Part shown: in pieces, positions 49,099 through 58,365 of the stretch
Layout: every line of letters begins with the position of its first letter
Numbering within the stretch: the stretch's first letter is position 1
From: Acidobacteriota bacterium
GTDB lineage: Bacteria; Acidobacteriota; UBA6911; RPQK01; JAJDTT01
Reading direction: 5' to 3'
DNA length: 64,000 bases
NCBI GenBank assembly: GCA_965217775.1
Contig: CBDCJH010000002.1
Location: forward strand, 3,296,001-3,360,000
Notes under the pieces: generated by a model
Databases searched by the model: none
What the model saw: only the letters and a program-made list of their open reading frames with translations
What the model was told of the DNA's origin: nothing
Position numbers and translations under genes: made by a program

Positions 49099-50558
49099 GC
49101 CTCCTGCGAATTCTGATCCCTCGTCTGGTGCTTCTCTTCCTTCTGACGGACCCTGGCGCAGCCGCGGCCCGGCCCAACGTCGTCTTCATCCTGACCGACA
49201 ACCACGGCGCCTGGACCCTCGGCTGCTACGGCAACCAGGACATCCGGACTCCGAATATCGATCGGTTGGCTTCCGAGGGAATGCGCTTCACCCGGGCAAT
49301 GAGCAGCAATCCCGTCTGCTCCCCGACCCGCGCCACCTTCCTCACCGGCCTGATCCCGTCGCAGCACGGACTCCATTCCTTCCTCGACAACAAGTACATG
49401 GTCGGCCCCGAGGCCTACTACACCCTGAAGGAGTTCGAGACGCTGCCCCGGATCCTGAACTCGGAAGGGTACGTCTGCGGTCTCAGTGGCAAGTGGCACC
49501 TGGGGGCCAACATGACGCCGCAGGACGGGTTCTCCTACTGGATCACGATGGCGCGGGGAAGTACGAGAAGCTTCTACGAAGACCTCATCATCCAGGACGG
49601 CAAGGTCAGGAAGACCCCCAAGTACATGACCGATCTCTGGACAGAGCATGCGATCCGCTTCATCGAGCAGAACCAGGGTGGTGAGAAGCCGTTCTTCCTC
49701 TACCTAGCCTACAACGGACCCTACGGCCTCGGGCCGCTGCTGCTGGAGCCGGCTCGCAATCGACACGCGGCGTATTACGCGGACAAGTATCTGCCGTCCT
49801 TTCCCAGAGACGCGGTTCACCCCTGGCAGTACAACAACAAGGCCTACCACAACAACATCGTGAGCATCCGGCGGGTCGCCGCCGAGGTGAGCGCCGTCGA
49901 TGACGGCGTGGGCGAGATCATGGCAGCTCTGAAGCAGCTGGGGCTGGAGGAGAACACGATCGTGATCTTTGCCGGCGACCAGGGCTGGATGGGCGGTCAA
50001 AACGGATTCTGGGGAATGGGGGATCACACCCGCCCCATCGCGGCGCATGATCTGATGATGCAGATCCCCCTGATCTTCCGCCATCCACGAGGAATCAAGC
50101 CGGGGAAGACCGACATCATGGTCAGCAACTACGACTTCCTTCCCAGTCTTCTGGAGTATCTGGGCCTGAAGCATCGGATTCCCCGGAAGCCGAAGCTCCC
50201 GGGACGCAGCTTCGCCGCCGCCCTGCGAGGCCGGAAGATCGATTGGGAGACGCGGATGTTCTACGAGATGGAGGGCTGCCGCTCGGTGCGCACCGAGGAC
50301 TGGAAGTACGTGGCGCGCCGGCAGCCGGACGGGCCGGCCGAGCTCTACGACATGGTCAACGATCCGCAGGAGAGGTTCAATCTCTACGGCCAGCCGCAGC
50401 ACGCGAGCATTCAGCAGGAGATGGCCGAGGAGCTCCGCCGCTTCTTCGAGGAATACGCCGACCCTCAATACGACATCTGGAAGGGAGGCCGTTCCAAGGC
50501 GCGAAGGCTCCTGGCCCCGGTCGGCCACCCGGACTACCGTCCGCTCCGGAAACAATAG
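49095..50558 (+). CDS. Sulfatase (S1)
   Basis: PNVVFILTDNH, CSPTRATFLTG, GKWHL; ATGA overlap with upstream gene. Confidence 0.92.
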   Translation: MSLLRILIPRLVLLFLLTDPGAAAARPNVVFILTDNHGAWTLGCYGNQDIRTPNIDRLASEGMRFTRAMSSNPVCSPTRATFLTGLIPSQHGLHSFLDNKYMVGPEAYYTLKEFETLPRILNSEGYVCGLSGKWHLGANMTPQDGFSYWITMARGSTRSFYEDLIIQDGKVRKTPKYMTDLWTEHAIRFIEQNQGGEKPFFLYLAYNGPYGLGPLLLEPARNRHAAYYADKYLPSFPRDAVHPWQYNNKAYHNNIVSIRRVAAEVSAVDDGVGEIMAALKQLGLEENTIVIFAGDQGWMGGQNGFWGMGDHTRPIAAHDLMMQIPLIFRHPRGIKPGKTDIMVSNYDFLPSLLEYLGLKHRIPRKPKLPGRSFAAALRGRKIDWETRMFYEMEGCRSVRTEDWKYVARRQPDGPAELYDMVNDPQERFNLYGQPQHASIQQEMAEELRRFFEEYADPQYDIWKGGRSKARRLLAPVGHPDYRPLRKQ

Positions 50559-50636
50559 AGGGGAAGAGAGGTGATCCCGATGAGAGGTCGTCCACGGGGG
50601 ACCCGTTCCACGGTGCCGGGGATCTTCCTGCTGCGG

Positions 50637-52103
50637 ATGATGCTCCGCACGATTGTTCCTTTGCTGGCGCTCCTCGCCGTTATGCCTGCTGTTGCGCAAG
50701 AGAACGCGCGGCCGAACTTCCTGGTCGTGCTGGCGGACGATCTGGGCTATGGCGACCTGGCTGGTTACGGTCATCCCAGAATCAAGACACCGAACCTGGA
50801 TCAGTTGGCGCGCGAAGGACTGCGGTTAACGAGCTGTTACGCGGCGGCGCCGAATTGCTCCCCGGCGCGGACTGGCTTCATGACGGGGCGGACACCCTAT
50901 CGGGCCGGCGTGCACAACTGGATTCCCATGTTCTCGCCGGTGCACCTCCGGAGGGAAGAGATCACGGTCGCGACGCTGCTGCGGGACGCTGGATACGACA
51001 CGTGTCACGTCGGCAAATGGCATCTCAACGGTGACTTCAATCTGCCGACTCAGCCGCAACCCCGGGACCATGGCTTCAACTACTGGTTTTCCACGCAGAA
51101 CAATGCCCTGCCGAACCACCGCAATCCCGACAACTTCGTCCGCAACGGCAGACCGGCTGGCCAACTCAGGGGCTATGCCGCCCCACTGGTGACCGACGAG
51201 GCCATTCACTGGCTGAAGCACGTCCGGGACAAGACGAAGCCGTTCTTCATCTACGTCTGCTACCACGAGCCACACGAGCCGATCGCGAGCGACGAGCGTT
51301 TCACCGATCTCTATGCTTCCGACGACCCCAGTTATCGAGCTCATCACGGCAACATCACGCAACTCGACGATTCCTTTGGAAGGCTGGCCCAGACCATCGA
51401 CGAGCTTGGTTTGCGCGACAACACCTTCGTCTTCTTCACCAGCGACAACGGGCCGGCGATCACGGGAATTCACCCGCATGGATCGGCGGGCCCCTTGCGC
51501 GACAAGAAGGGATATCTCTACGAGGGCGGCATCCGCGTCCCGGGCATCATCCGGTGGCCGGGGCAGGTAGAGGCGGGATCCGAGTCGGACGTTGCCGTCA
51601 GCGGCGTCGATCTACTGCCGACGCTCTGCGATCTCGCCGGCGTGGCCGTTCCCGGCAACCGTGCCTTCGACGGCATCAGCATTCGACCTCTGCTGGCGGG
51701 AGAATCGCTGGAGCGGACGACACCACTCTATTGGCACTTCCTGCGCGCCCGCGGAAAGCCCAAAGTCGCCATGCGCTCAGGGGACTGGAAGATCCTCGCG
51801 CATCTGGACCAGCCCGACCTGCGGGTCACTGCCGACATCGTGCCCGATGAGATGCGGATGCTGAAGACTGCGAGCCTGGCGCGGTTCGAACTGTACAATC
51901 TTCGCGACGACCTTGGTGAAACCAGGGACTTGGCGGAACGAGAGCCGCAGCAGCTTGCCAGACTTGCTGATCAGTTGCGGTCGATGTATGCGGAGGTCCA
52001 GGCGGAGAGCCCGGTGTGGCCCGCCTGGAAGTGGCCCCGATACGAGGCGCAACGGATCGAGTGGCCACCGTACCGCAATCGGCCCAAGCCCGGGAACAAG
52101 TGA
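50637..52103 (+). CDS. Sulfatase (S1)
   Basis: PNFLVVLADDLGY, CSPARTGFMTG, GKWHL, KGYLYEGGIRVP. Confidence 0.92.
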   Translation: MMLRTIVPLLALLAVMPAVAQENARPNFLVVLADDLGYGDLAGYGHPRIKTPNLDQLAREGLRLTSCYAAAPNCSPARTGFMTGRTPYRAGVHNWIPMFSPVHLRREEITVATLLRDAGYDTCHVGKWHLNGDFNLPTQPQPRDHGFNYWFSTQNNALPNHRNPDNFVRNGRPAGQLRGYAAPLVTDEAIHWLKHVRDKTKPFFIYVCYHEPHEPIASDERFTDLYASDDPSYRAHHGNITQLDDSFGRLAQTIDELGLRDNTFVFFTSDNGPAITGIHPHGSAGPLRDKKGYLYEGGIRVPGIIRWPGQVEAGSESDVAVSGVDLLPTLCDLAGVAVPGNRAFDGISIRPLLAGESLERTTPLYWHFLRARGKPKVAMRSGDWKILAHLDQPDLRVTADIVPDEMRMLKTASLARFELYNLRDDLGETRDLAEREPQQLARLADQLRSMYAEVQAESPVWPAWKWPRYEAQRIEWPPYRNRPKPGNK

Positions 52104-52186
52104 GGCCTTCCGGTCGCCACCTGGTTCCACATAGTGGTCTCGGGTTCGGATCCGTACCAAACTTGCGCATCGAGAGCTCGACCGGA

Positions 52187-53659
52187 CTACCACTCCAGGC
52201 GGGTGTCGTCAGGACCGAGCTCCCCGGGGCCCCGAATTTCTCGACCTTCCCGTTCGGTGAGTTTGTCCCCCAGCTCGTCCCGGACCTGGGCCGCGAATCG
52301 CTCCAGCCGCTCCACCACCTCGGGATGCTGAGAAGCGAGATCGGAGGTCTCTCTCAGGTCCTGCTTCAGGTCGAAGAGCTCCAGTCCGGTCGCGGCCTGA
52401 TCGTAGGGGACCGGGTGGCCGCCGGTCCCTCCGGCTCGACCCGACAGGGTTCGGTATTCGTGGGGAAAGTGAAGCTTCCAGCGGCGGTCCCGCACGGCCT
52501 GCAATTGACCGTTCCGATAATAGGAATAGAAGACCTCGTGAGGCGAGCGAGCCCCAGGTTCCGCGAACATCAGGGATCGGATGTCCCTGCCATCGATCTT
52601 GTGTCCGGGCAGCACCGCACCGATCAGAGCGGCGACCGTGGGAAAGACATCGATCGTCGCGGCCAGTTCGTTGCACTCCGCACCCGCCGGGATCCGTCCC
52701 GGCCAGCGCATCAGGGTGGGGACCCGGATTCCCCCTTCGAACGACGTGCCCTTGCCCTCCCGCAGGGGAGCCGCGGACCCGGCGTGATCCCCGTAGCTGA
52801 GCCAGGGCCCGTTGTCGGAAGTGAAGATCATCAGAGTGTGCCGGTCCAGATCGGTGCGTTTCAGGGCATCGAGAATCTGTCCCACGGACCAGTCGATCTC
52901 CATTACGACGTCGCCAAACAGACCTCGCTCGCTACGTCCCTTGAACTTGTCGGATACGTAGAGTGGGACATGGACCATGCTGTGAGGCAGGTACAGCAGG
53001 AAGGGCCGATCCCGGTTCCGCTCGATGAAATCCAGGGCACGCTCGGTGTACTGGGTCGTGAGCAGTCTCTGGTCTTCCCCCGTGACCTTGGGATTGACGA
53101 CCTGGTTGCCCTCGATCAGGGGCAGATCGGGAAACCGATCCCCGGAGGTGGGGTGTTCGGGCCACATGTCATTGGAATAGGGGAGGCCGTAATACTCGTC
53201 GAAGCCATTCTGCAGCGGCAGGAACTTGGGATGGTGGCCCAGGTGCCATTTCCCGAAGCACGCCGTGGCATAACCCTGGCTTCGACACAGTTCACCGAGG
53301 GTAACTTCCTGCTCGTGGATGCCGATGTCGGCGCTGGGCCCCAGAGCACCCGACAAGCCAAGTCGGCGATGATAGCAGCCGGTCATCAAGGCCGCCCGGG
53401 ATGCCGTGCACACCGCAGACGAAACCTGGAAGTCCGTGAATCGGATGCCCTCCGCCGCCATGCGGTCCAGATTGGGTGTCGGGTAACCCTGGGCGCCGAA
53501 GGGGCCGATGTCGGCGTAGCCCATGTCGTCGATGAATACCAGAACGATGTTGGGCGGGCGGGCTTCCAAAGTGTCGGGTGGGCGGGTTTGCGAACACCCG
53601 GAGAATAAGAGAACAGCTACCATCAACAAACCCCAAAGCACACTGGAATGAGATCTCAA
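52187..53659 (-). CDS. Arylsulfatase A-like sulfatase with CxAxR motif
   Basis: [38 protein letters not shown]; TTG start after AAAGGAGG. Confidence 0.9.
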   Translation of the reverse strand: MRSHSSVLWGLLMVAVLLFSGCSQTRPPDTLEARPPNIVLVFIDDMGYADIGPFGAQGYPTPNLDRMAAEGIRFTDFQVSSAVCTASRAALMTGCYHRRLGLSGALGPSADIGIHEQEVTLGELCRSQGYATACFGKWHLGHHPKFLPLQNGFDEYYGLPYSNDMWPEHPTSGDRFPDLPLIEGNQVVNPKVTGEDQRLLTTQYTERALDFIERNRDRPFLLYLPHSMVHVPLYVSDKFKGRSERGLFGDVVMEIDWSVGQILDALKRTDLDRHTLMIFTSDNGPWLSYGDHAGSAAPLREGKGTSFEGGIRVPTLMRWPGRIPAGAECNELAATIDVFPTVAALIGAVLPGHKIDGRDIRSLMFAEPGARSPHEVFYSYYRNGQLQAVRDRRWKLHFPHEYRTLSGRAGGTGGHPVPYDQAATGLELFDLKQDLRETSDLASQHPEVVERLERFAAQVRDELGDKLTEREGREIRGPGELGPDDTRLEW

Positions 53660-53748
53660 CGCGATTCCTCCTTTGCCCTTCAAGGCGAGCATAATCCGTC
53701 CCAAGAGATTGAAGCACGGAGACCCGGCACTGCCCCCCCTGCCCGGAA

Positions 53749-53801
53749 GAAACAGACCGTCCCCTTTTCGGTCGGAAAAACAGACTGTCCCCTTTTCGGT
53801 C
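53749..53801 (+). repeat. GACTGTCCCCTTTTC motif, tandem copies 4 and 5
   Basis: gaaacagaccgtccccttttcggtc gg aaaaacagactgtccccttttcggtc. Confidence 0.8.
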
Positions 53802-53930
53802 CTTTCGAGTCCAGACATCGGATTGAAGGGTTTTTAGCGGCGACCCCGGGCCGCCGTGAGAGCCGAAATTCAAAAGAAAGCATACTTTGGTCTAAAGTCC
53901 AGGGCGACGACTGATACCATTCGAGCAGTT

Positions 53931-55148
53931 GTGAACTTTCTCCTTCCAACTACCGTTGCCTGTTTACTGGTCACCGGCATGGGTCTTGCCCTGCTGGGCA
54001 GCGTGAAACTGGCGCTCGCGCAGAAGCTCCGGATCGACGAGGCCCAGGTCGGCGGGTTGGTGTCGCTTTTCGGGTTCACCATGATTCCGGTGATCCTCAC
54101 AACCGGCTTTCTGACCGATCTGATGGGGCGGCAGGTGATCCTGATCGGCGGGACCATCCTGATGGCTCTCGGCCTGCTGGTGCTGGCAGCCTCGCGCCGC
54201 TACGCCACAGCCCTGGTTTCGGTGCTCCTGCTCAGTGCCGCCTGGGCGGCGCAGATCAACGTGATCAATGTGCTGGTGCCTCACGTGCTGCAGCCTCCCG
54301 CCTTTCTCTCCGGGGATATTCCGGCGATCTCGTTTGCCACGAACCTGGGGAACGTGTTCTTCGGCCTGGGTGCATTCCTGACTCCGCTGACGGTTTCCTG
54401 GGCGTCTAGCCGCCTCGGACTCGCTTCGGGCCTGCGGCTGCTGGCCGGACTGCTGGTCCTCCAGGCGGTGATGGCAGGGTTGTCCGAGTTTCCCGCGGCG
54501 ATGTCGGCGGGAGAGGGAGGCAGCGTCATGAGCTCGGAGACCTGGTCGCTGCTGGGCGATCCGATCATGTGGCTCTGCGCCATGGCGTTGTTCTTTCATG
54601 GTCCGCTGGAGGCGGCGATGGGTGCCTGGACCACCACCTTCCTGGGCAACAGAGGGGTTCCCGAGGCCAGGGCGGCGACCCTGCTGTCGGCCTTCTGGCT
54701 GGCCTTCATGGCGTCGCGCCTGTTCACCGCATTCGTGCTGGGTCCGTCTACCGCGCGAGTCGTCTCCGGACTGGGACTGGAAACCCGGAGCGAAGCGGTG
54801 CTGATCCTGGTCCTGGCATTGGGCTGTGTGGGGGTCACCTCGGGCGTGGTCTGGTGTCGGACCCAGCGGACGGCGATCGCTCTCGTCATCGCGGCGGGCC
54901 TGGTCTTCGGTCCGATCTTTCCCTCGATCATGGCGATTCTGCTAGGTCATTTCCCGGGGCCGGTGCAGGGACGCGCGGTCGGATTGTTGTTCGCCATCGG
55001 CGGCCTGGGCTGGACCTTTATTCCCATGTCGATCGGTACCTATGCACAGCGGACGAACGTGCAGAGGGGTTTCCTGATCGCGGTCGGGTCGGCGGTCGCC
55101 CTGTTCCTGGTGGCTGGGCTCCTGACCCTGACGGCCACCACGGGCTGA
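53931..55148 (+). CDS. MFS transporter
   Basis: About 12 hydrophobic segments; GFLTDLMGRQ motif A; GPIFP; start approximate. Confidence 0.85.
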   Translation: MNFLLPTTVACLLVTGMGLALLGSVKLALAQKLRIDEAQVGGLVSLFGFTMIPVILTTGFLTDLMGRQVILIGGTILMALGLLVLAASRRYATALVSVLLLSAAWAAQINVINVLVPHVLQPPAFLSGDIPAISFATNLGNVFFGLGAFLTPLTVSWASSRLGLASGLRLLAGLLVLQAVMAGLSEFPAAMSAGEGGSVMSSETWSLLGDPIMWLCAMALFFHGPLEAAMGAWTTTFLGNRGVPEARAATLLSAFWLAFMASRLFTAFVLGPSTARVVSGLGLETRSEAVLILVLALGCVGVTSGVVWCRTQRTAIALVIAAGLVFGPIFPSIMAILLGHFPGPVQGRAVGLLFAIGGLGWTFIPMSIGTYAQRTNVQRGFLIAVGSAVALFLVAGLLTLTATTG

Positions 55149-55395
55149 GTACGAAGCTCGATCCCGCCCGATCTGATCCCAGCTTTACCTATGAAGGATC
55201 GCAAGCGATTGACGGGCGTCCGTTACGGTGCGAAGCTGCGGAATAGGCGAGGGCTCTCGGATGCCTACCCTCCGAGGCGGAGAGGATTGTGCGGTTGTCC
55301 GACTCCATCCAGCACGCACGGATTCAATAACGGTCCGACTCTCTTGCCGGAACCTACGGACCGGATCACTTCGGGGTGAAGTGGAGAATTCCACT

Positions 55396-56550
55396 ATGAG
55401 ACCCACAACCCATTTTTTCTGGACCGCCGCGGTGCTTCTAGCCTCTCTTTCGGCGTCGAGCGCCCAACCCTTGATCGACCATGTCGATGTCTTCGCCTCC
55501 GGGAGCGAGGGCTATCACACCTTCCGGATTCCAGCGATCGTGCGAGCGCCGGACGGTTCGCTACTGGCCTTCGCGGAGGGTCGCAAGGAGAATCGCCGCG
55601 ACCCCGGAGGAGGCGACATCGATCTGGTCTACAAGCGAAGCAAGGATCGCGGCGCCAGTTGGTCCCCGCTAAAGATCGTGGACGACCCCGGCGTGGGGTG
55701 GAGCGCTTCCAACCCGACCCCCGTCATCGAGCGGAACAGCAGCCGTATTCTGATTGTCTACAACCGTTGGGAGCCGGGCTTCGGAACCGCCCTTTCCCGG
55801 CCCGGGACCGACAACAACCAGGCGTGGTTCCGGTACAGCGACGACCACGGCGGCAACTGGTCGGAACCTCGGGAGATCACCCGGGAGGCGAGGGATCATG
55901 AGGACTGGGGAGCCATGTTCCTGGGTCCCGGAGGGGCGATCCAGACGCGCAGCGGTCGGCTGCTGGTTCCCGCCGCGGCCAAGATCGGAACGGCCTTCTC
56001 GATCCTGGTGTCCGCCGACCAGGAACCTCGGACCGCCACCTACATGCGCGCCTACGTCCTGTTCAGCGACGACCGGGGCGAAACCTGGAGCCGAGGAGAA
56101 TTGGTCGACGCTCTCACGGACGAGAATCAATTGGTCGAACTGGCCGACGGGACCATCTTGATGGACGCCCGGCAGAGCCGCGGCGGCCGGCGCTGGGTTG
56201 CGATCAGCGGCGACGGAGGAAGCACCTGGTCCCGGCCGCGACCTGGACAAGAAGTCACCAGGGTCGCCACGGCCATCGAACGCTACAGCCTGCACTCCGC
56301 GGGCGCCGGACGGAATCGAATCCTGTGGACGGGCCCCAAGGGACCCGGCCGCCTCAACCTCGTTCTACGGGTCAGCGACGATGAAGGGCAGACCTTCGGC
56401 CGGGAGAAACTCCTCTACGGAGGATTCTCAGCCTACTCCGACCTGGAGATGTTGGATGACGGGTCGGTCGGGGTATTGTGGGAGAGAGGGCTCAGTGCGA
56501 GCTACCAATTCATCACCTTCACCCGATTCCGCCTGGAAGCCCTGGAGTGA
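55396..56550 (+). CDS. Sialidase-like (GH33/BNR) protein
   Basis: FRIP motif; Asp-boxes SKDRGASW, SDDHGGNW, SDDRGETW, SGDGGSTW, SDDEGQTF; SAYSDL. Confidence 0.85.
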   Translation: MRPTTHFFWTAAVLLASLSASSAQPLIDHVDVFASGSEGYHTFRIPAIVRAPDGSLLAFAEGRKENRRDPGGGDIDLVYKRSKDRGASWSPLKIVDDPGVGWSASNPTPVIERNSSRILIVYNRWEPGFGTALSRPGTDNNQAWFRYSDDHGGNWSEPREITREARDHEDWGAMFLGPGGAIQTRSGRLLVPAAAKIGTAFSILVSADQEPRTATYMRAYVLFSDDRGETWSRGELVDALTDENQLVELADGTILMDARQSRGGRRWVAISGDGGSTWSRPRPGQEVTRVATAIERYSLHSAGAGRNRILWTGPKGPGRLNLVLRVSDDEGQTFGREKLLYGGFSAYSDLEMLDDGSVGVLWERGLSASYQFITFTRFRLEALE

Positions 56551-56571
56551 GGACGGACCTCACGGGGCCAC

Positions 56572-58218
56572 ATGACTCTCCCCCTCCGTGAGGACGCCGC
56601 CCCGGCGGCGCGGGCCGTAAAAACCGCTGCCCCGAGTTGGCATGCCATGAAGCCGATGGATCTGAAAGGCTCTATGGAACTGGCCGGCCGAAACTTGGTG
56701 GCGAACCTCTGTCCTACGCGCAACTACCTCCCCTATTGGGCGATCGAAATCGACTCCGGTTATGGAGCCTGGGCGCGCTTCACCTGGCCCCAGCACAACG
56801 TCGGCCGATGGTGGGATGCGATGCTGCGGCTGGAGGCCGCGACCGGATTCCGGATTCCGCCCGATCGGGAAGCCGCCATGTTGGGCAATCTGCACTCCTT
56901 TTTCGACAACCCCGATCACTTCTGCCTCGCTCCTCGCCATTTCGAGGGGCCCGGACTGGAGCTCCACTCCCTGAGAGAGGGTCTGCAGGCCCTGGTCGCG
57001 CTGGCGCGCCACCGGAACAGCCGTTGGGCGGAGCGGAAGGGCCGGCTGATGATCGAATCCCTCCTGCGGGTATCCGACGGGAAGGGAGGTTGGAAGCTCC
57101 AGGAGATCGACTCTGCCCGGCATTTCGACAAAGGGTATTACCAGAAGGTCAAGCCGGTGAGCAGTAGCACGGACGGACGGTTGATCGAGGCCCTGGTCTG
57201 GTTCTATCAGTCCACGCACGATCCCCTGGCGCTGGCTGCGGCCCGGCGCTTTGCCAAGTACCACCTTCCGCACACGACCCATCCTGACGGCCGCCTGAAC
57301 CTCGCTTCGGGATCGAATCACACCCATTCGTATTTCGGGACGCTCCGGGGTTTGCTTCTCTACGGCGAACTCACGGATCAGCACGGGTACGTCGATGCGG
57401 TAGAGTCGACATATCGGAGGACGGTTCGCACGATGGTCAAGAGATCGGGATTCATCTCCCACGACCTGGGAATGGACAACCGGGGAGAGACGGCTTCCCC
57501 TGGCGACGCCGCTCAACTGGCTCTGTGGCTGGCAACCCGGCACGGCTTCACGGAGTACCTCGACGATGTGGAGCGGATCGTCCGAGCACGGATCCTCCCT
57601 TCACAGGTCACAGAGACGCCGCCACTCCATCCCTCATCGGACGGGGACGGGGACGGGGACGGCGACGAATACCGGAATCTCCGGGCCCGTGTCCTGGGAG
57701 CCTACGGGGGCATGCACCTGGAACCCCATTCCGGCACCAAACCCACCACCGATGTCACGGCAGCCTGCCTCCACACTCTTGCGGACATCTATCACCACGT
57801 CCTCTTGAGGGGCGATTCCGGACTGAAGATCCTGCTGCACCTGGACTACGAAGATTCGAGAGCCCGAATCCGATCCCGGAGAGGAGAGAGAACGGGCCGC
57901 CTGACGGTGCTGCCCCGAATCCGGGAGAATGTCCTGATCCGTATCCCTCGATGGACGCCCCTGAGTTCGGTCCGTCTCAGGGTACGCGGCGCTCCGCTCG
58001 ACCCGAAAATCTATGGAGACTTCGTCCTCATCGCCGGGAATCTCATGCCGGCGGAAATCACCCTCGAATACGGCCTGCCCGTGACCCGGGAGGTCGAACG
58101 GACGACCGGTGTGGATTACCATTTGATGTGGCGGGGCGACGAAGTCATCGGGATCACGCCCAACAACCGCTTCTATCCCTTCTACCCGGACTATCCTGGT
58201 GAGACGGAAACAGAATGA
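56572..58218 (+). CDS. Hypothetical protein, distant GH127/GH146-like (alpha/alpha)6 protein
   Basis: HNVGRWWDAML, HTHS..TLRG, GET, DDVERIVR, IRIPRW, WRGDEV. Confidence 0.5.
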   Translation: MTLPLREDAAPAARAVKTAAPSWHAMKPMDLKGSMELAGRNLVANLCPTRNYLPYWAIEIDSGYGAWARFTWPQHNVGRWWDAMLRLEAATGFRIPPDREAAMLGNLHSFFDNPDHFCLAPRHFEGPGLELHSLREGLQALVALARHRNSRWAERKGRLMIESLLRVSDGKGGWKLQEIDSARHFDKGYYQKVKPVSSSTDGRLIEALVWFYQSTHDPLALAAARRFAKYHLPHTTHPDGRLNLASGSNHTHSYFGTLRGLLLYGELTDQHGYVDAVESTYRRTVRTMVKRSGFISHDLGMDNRGETASPGDAAQLALWLATRHGFTEYLDDVERIVRARILPSQVTETPPLHPSSDGDGDGDGDEYRNLRARVLGAYGGMHLEPHSGTKPTTDVTAACLHTLADIYHHVLLRGDSGLKILLHLDYEDSRARIRSRRGERTGRLTVLPRIRENVLIRIPRWTPLSSVRLRVRGAPLDPKIYGDFVLIAGNLMPAEITLEYGLPVTREVERTTGVDYHLMWRGDEVIGITPNNRFYPFYPDYPGETETE

Positions 58219-58365
58219 ATCGATCCGCGGTGCCCTAAGCCGACGGGGCTCACCCGCGGCTCCGTCTGGAACCGGAAAGACCCCGCTCCGCTTGCTGAGC
58301 GAAGCTGGCCGTCCGGTTTCCATGAGGCGACCTGGATCCAACCTGCCTGGAAAGGAGGAGTAGCC

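Noticed and set aside
52140-52165. GGTTCG...CCA resembling a tRNA 3' end
   Set aside because: No cloverleaf can be built around it
32164-53801. Short repeats as a CRISPR array
   Set aside because: Copies are kilobases apart with no regular spacers and no cas genes
58240-58270. GC hairpin downstream of the 56572 gene
   Set aside because: Short stem with no U-tract; not enough to call a terminator or ncRNA
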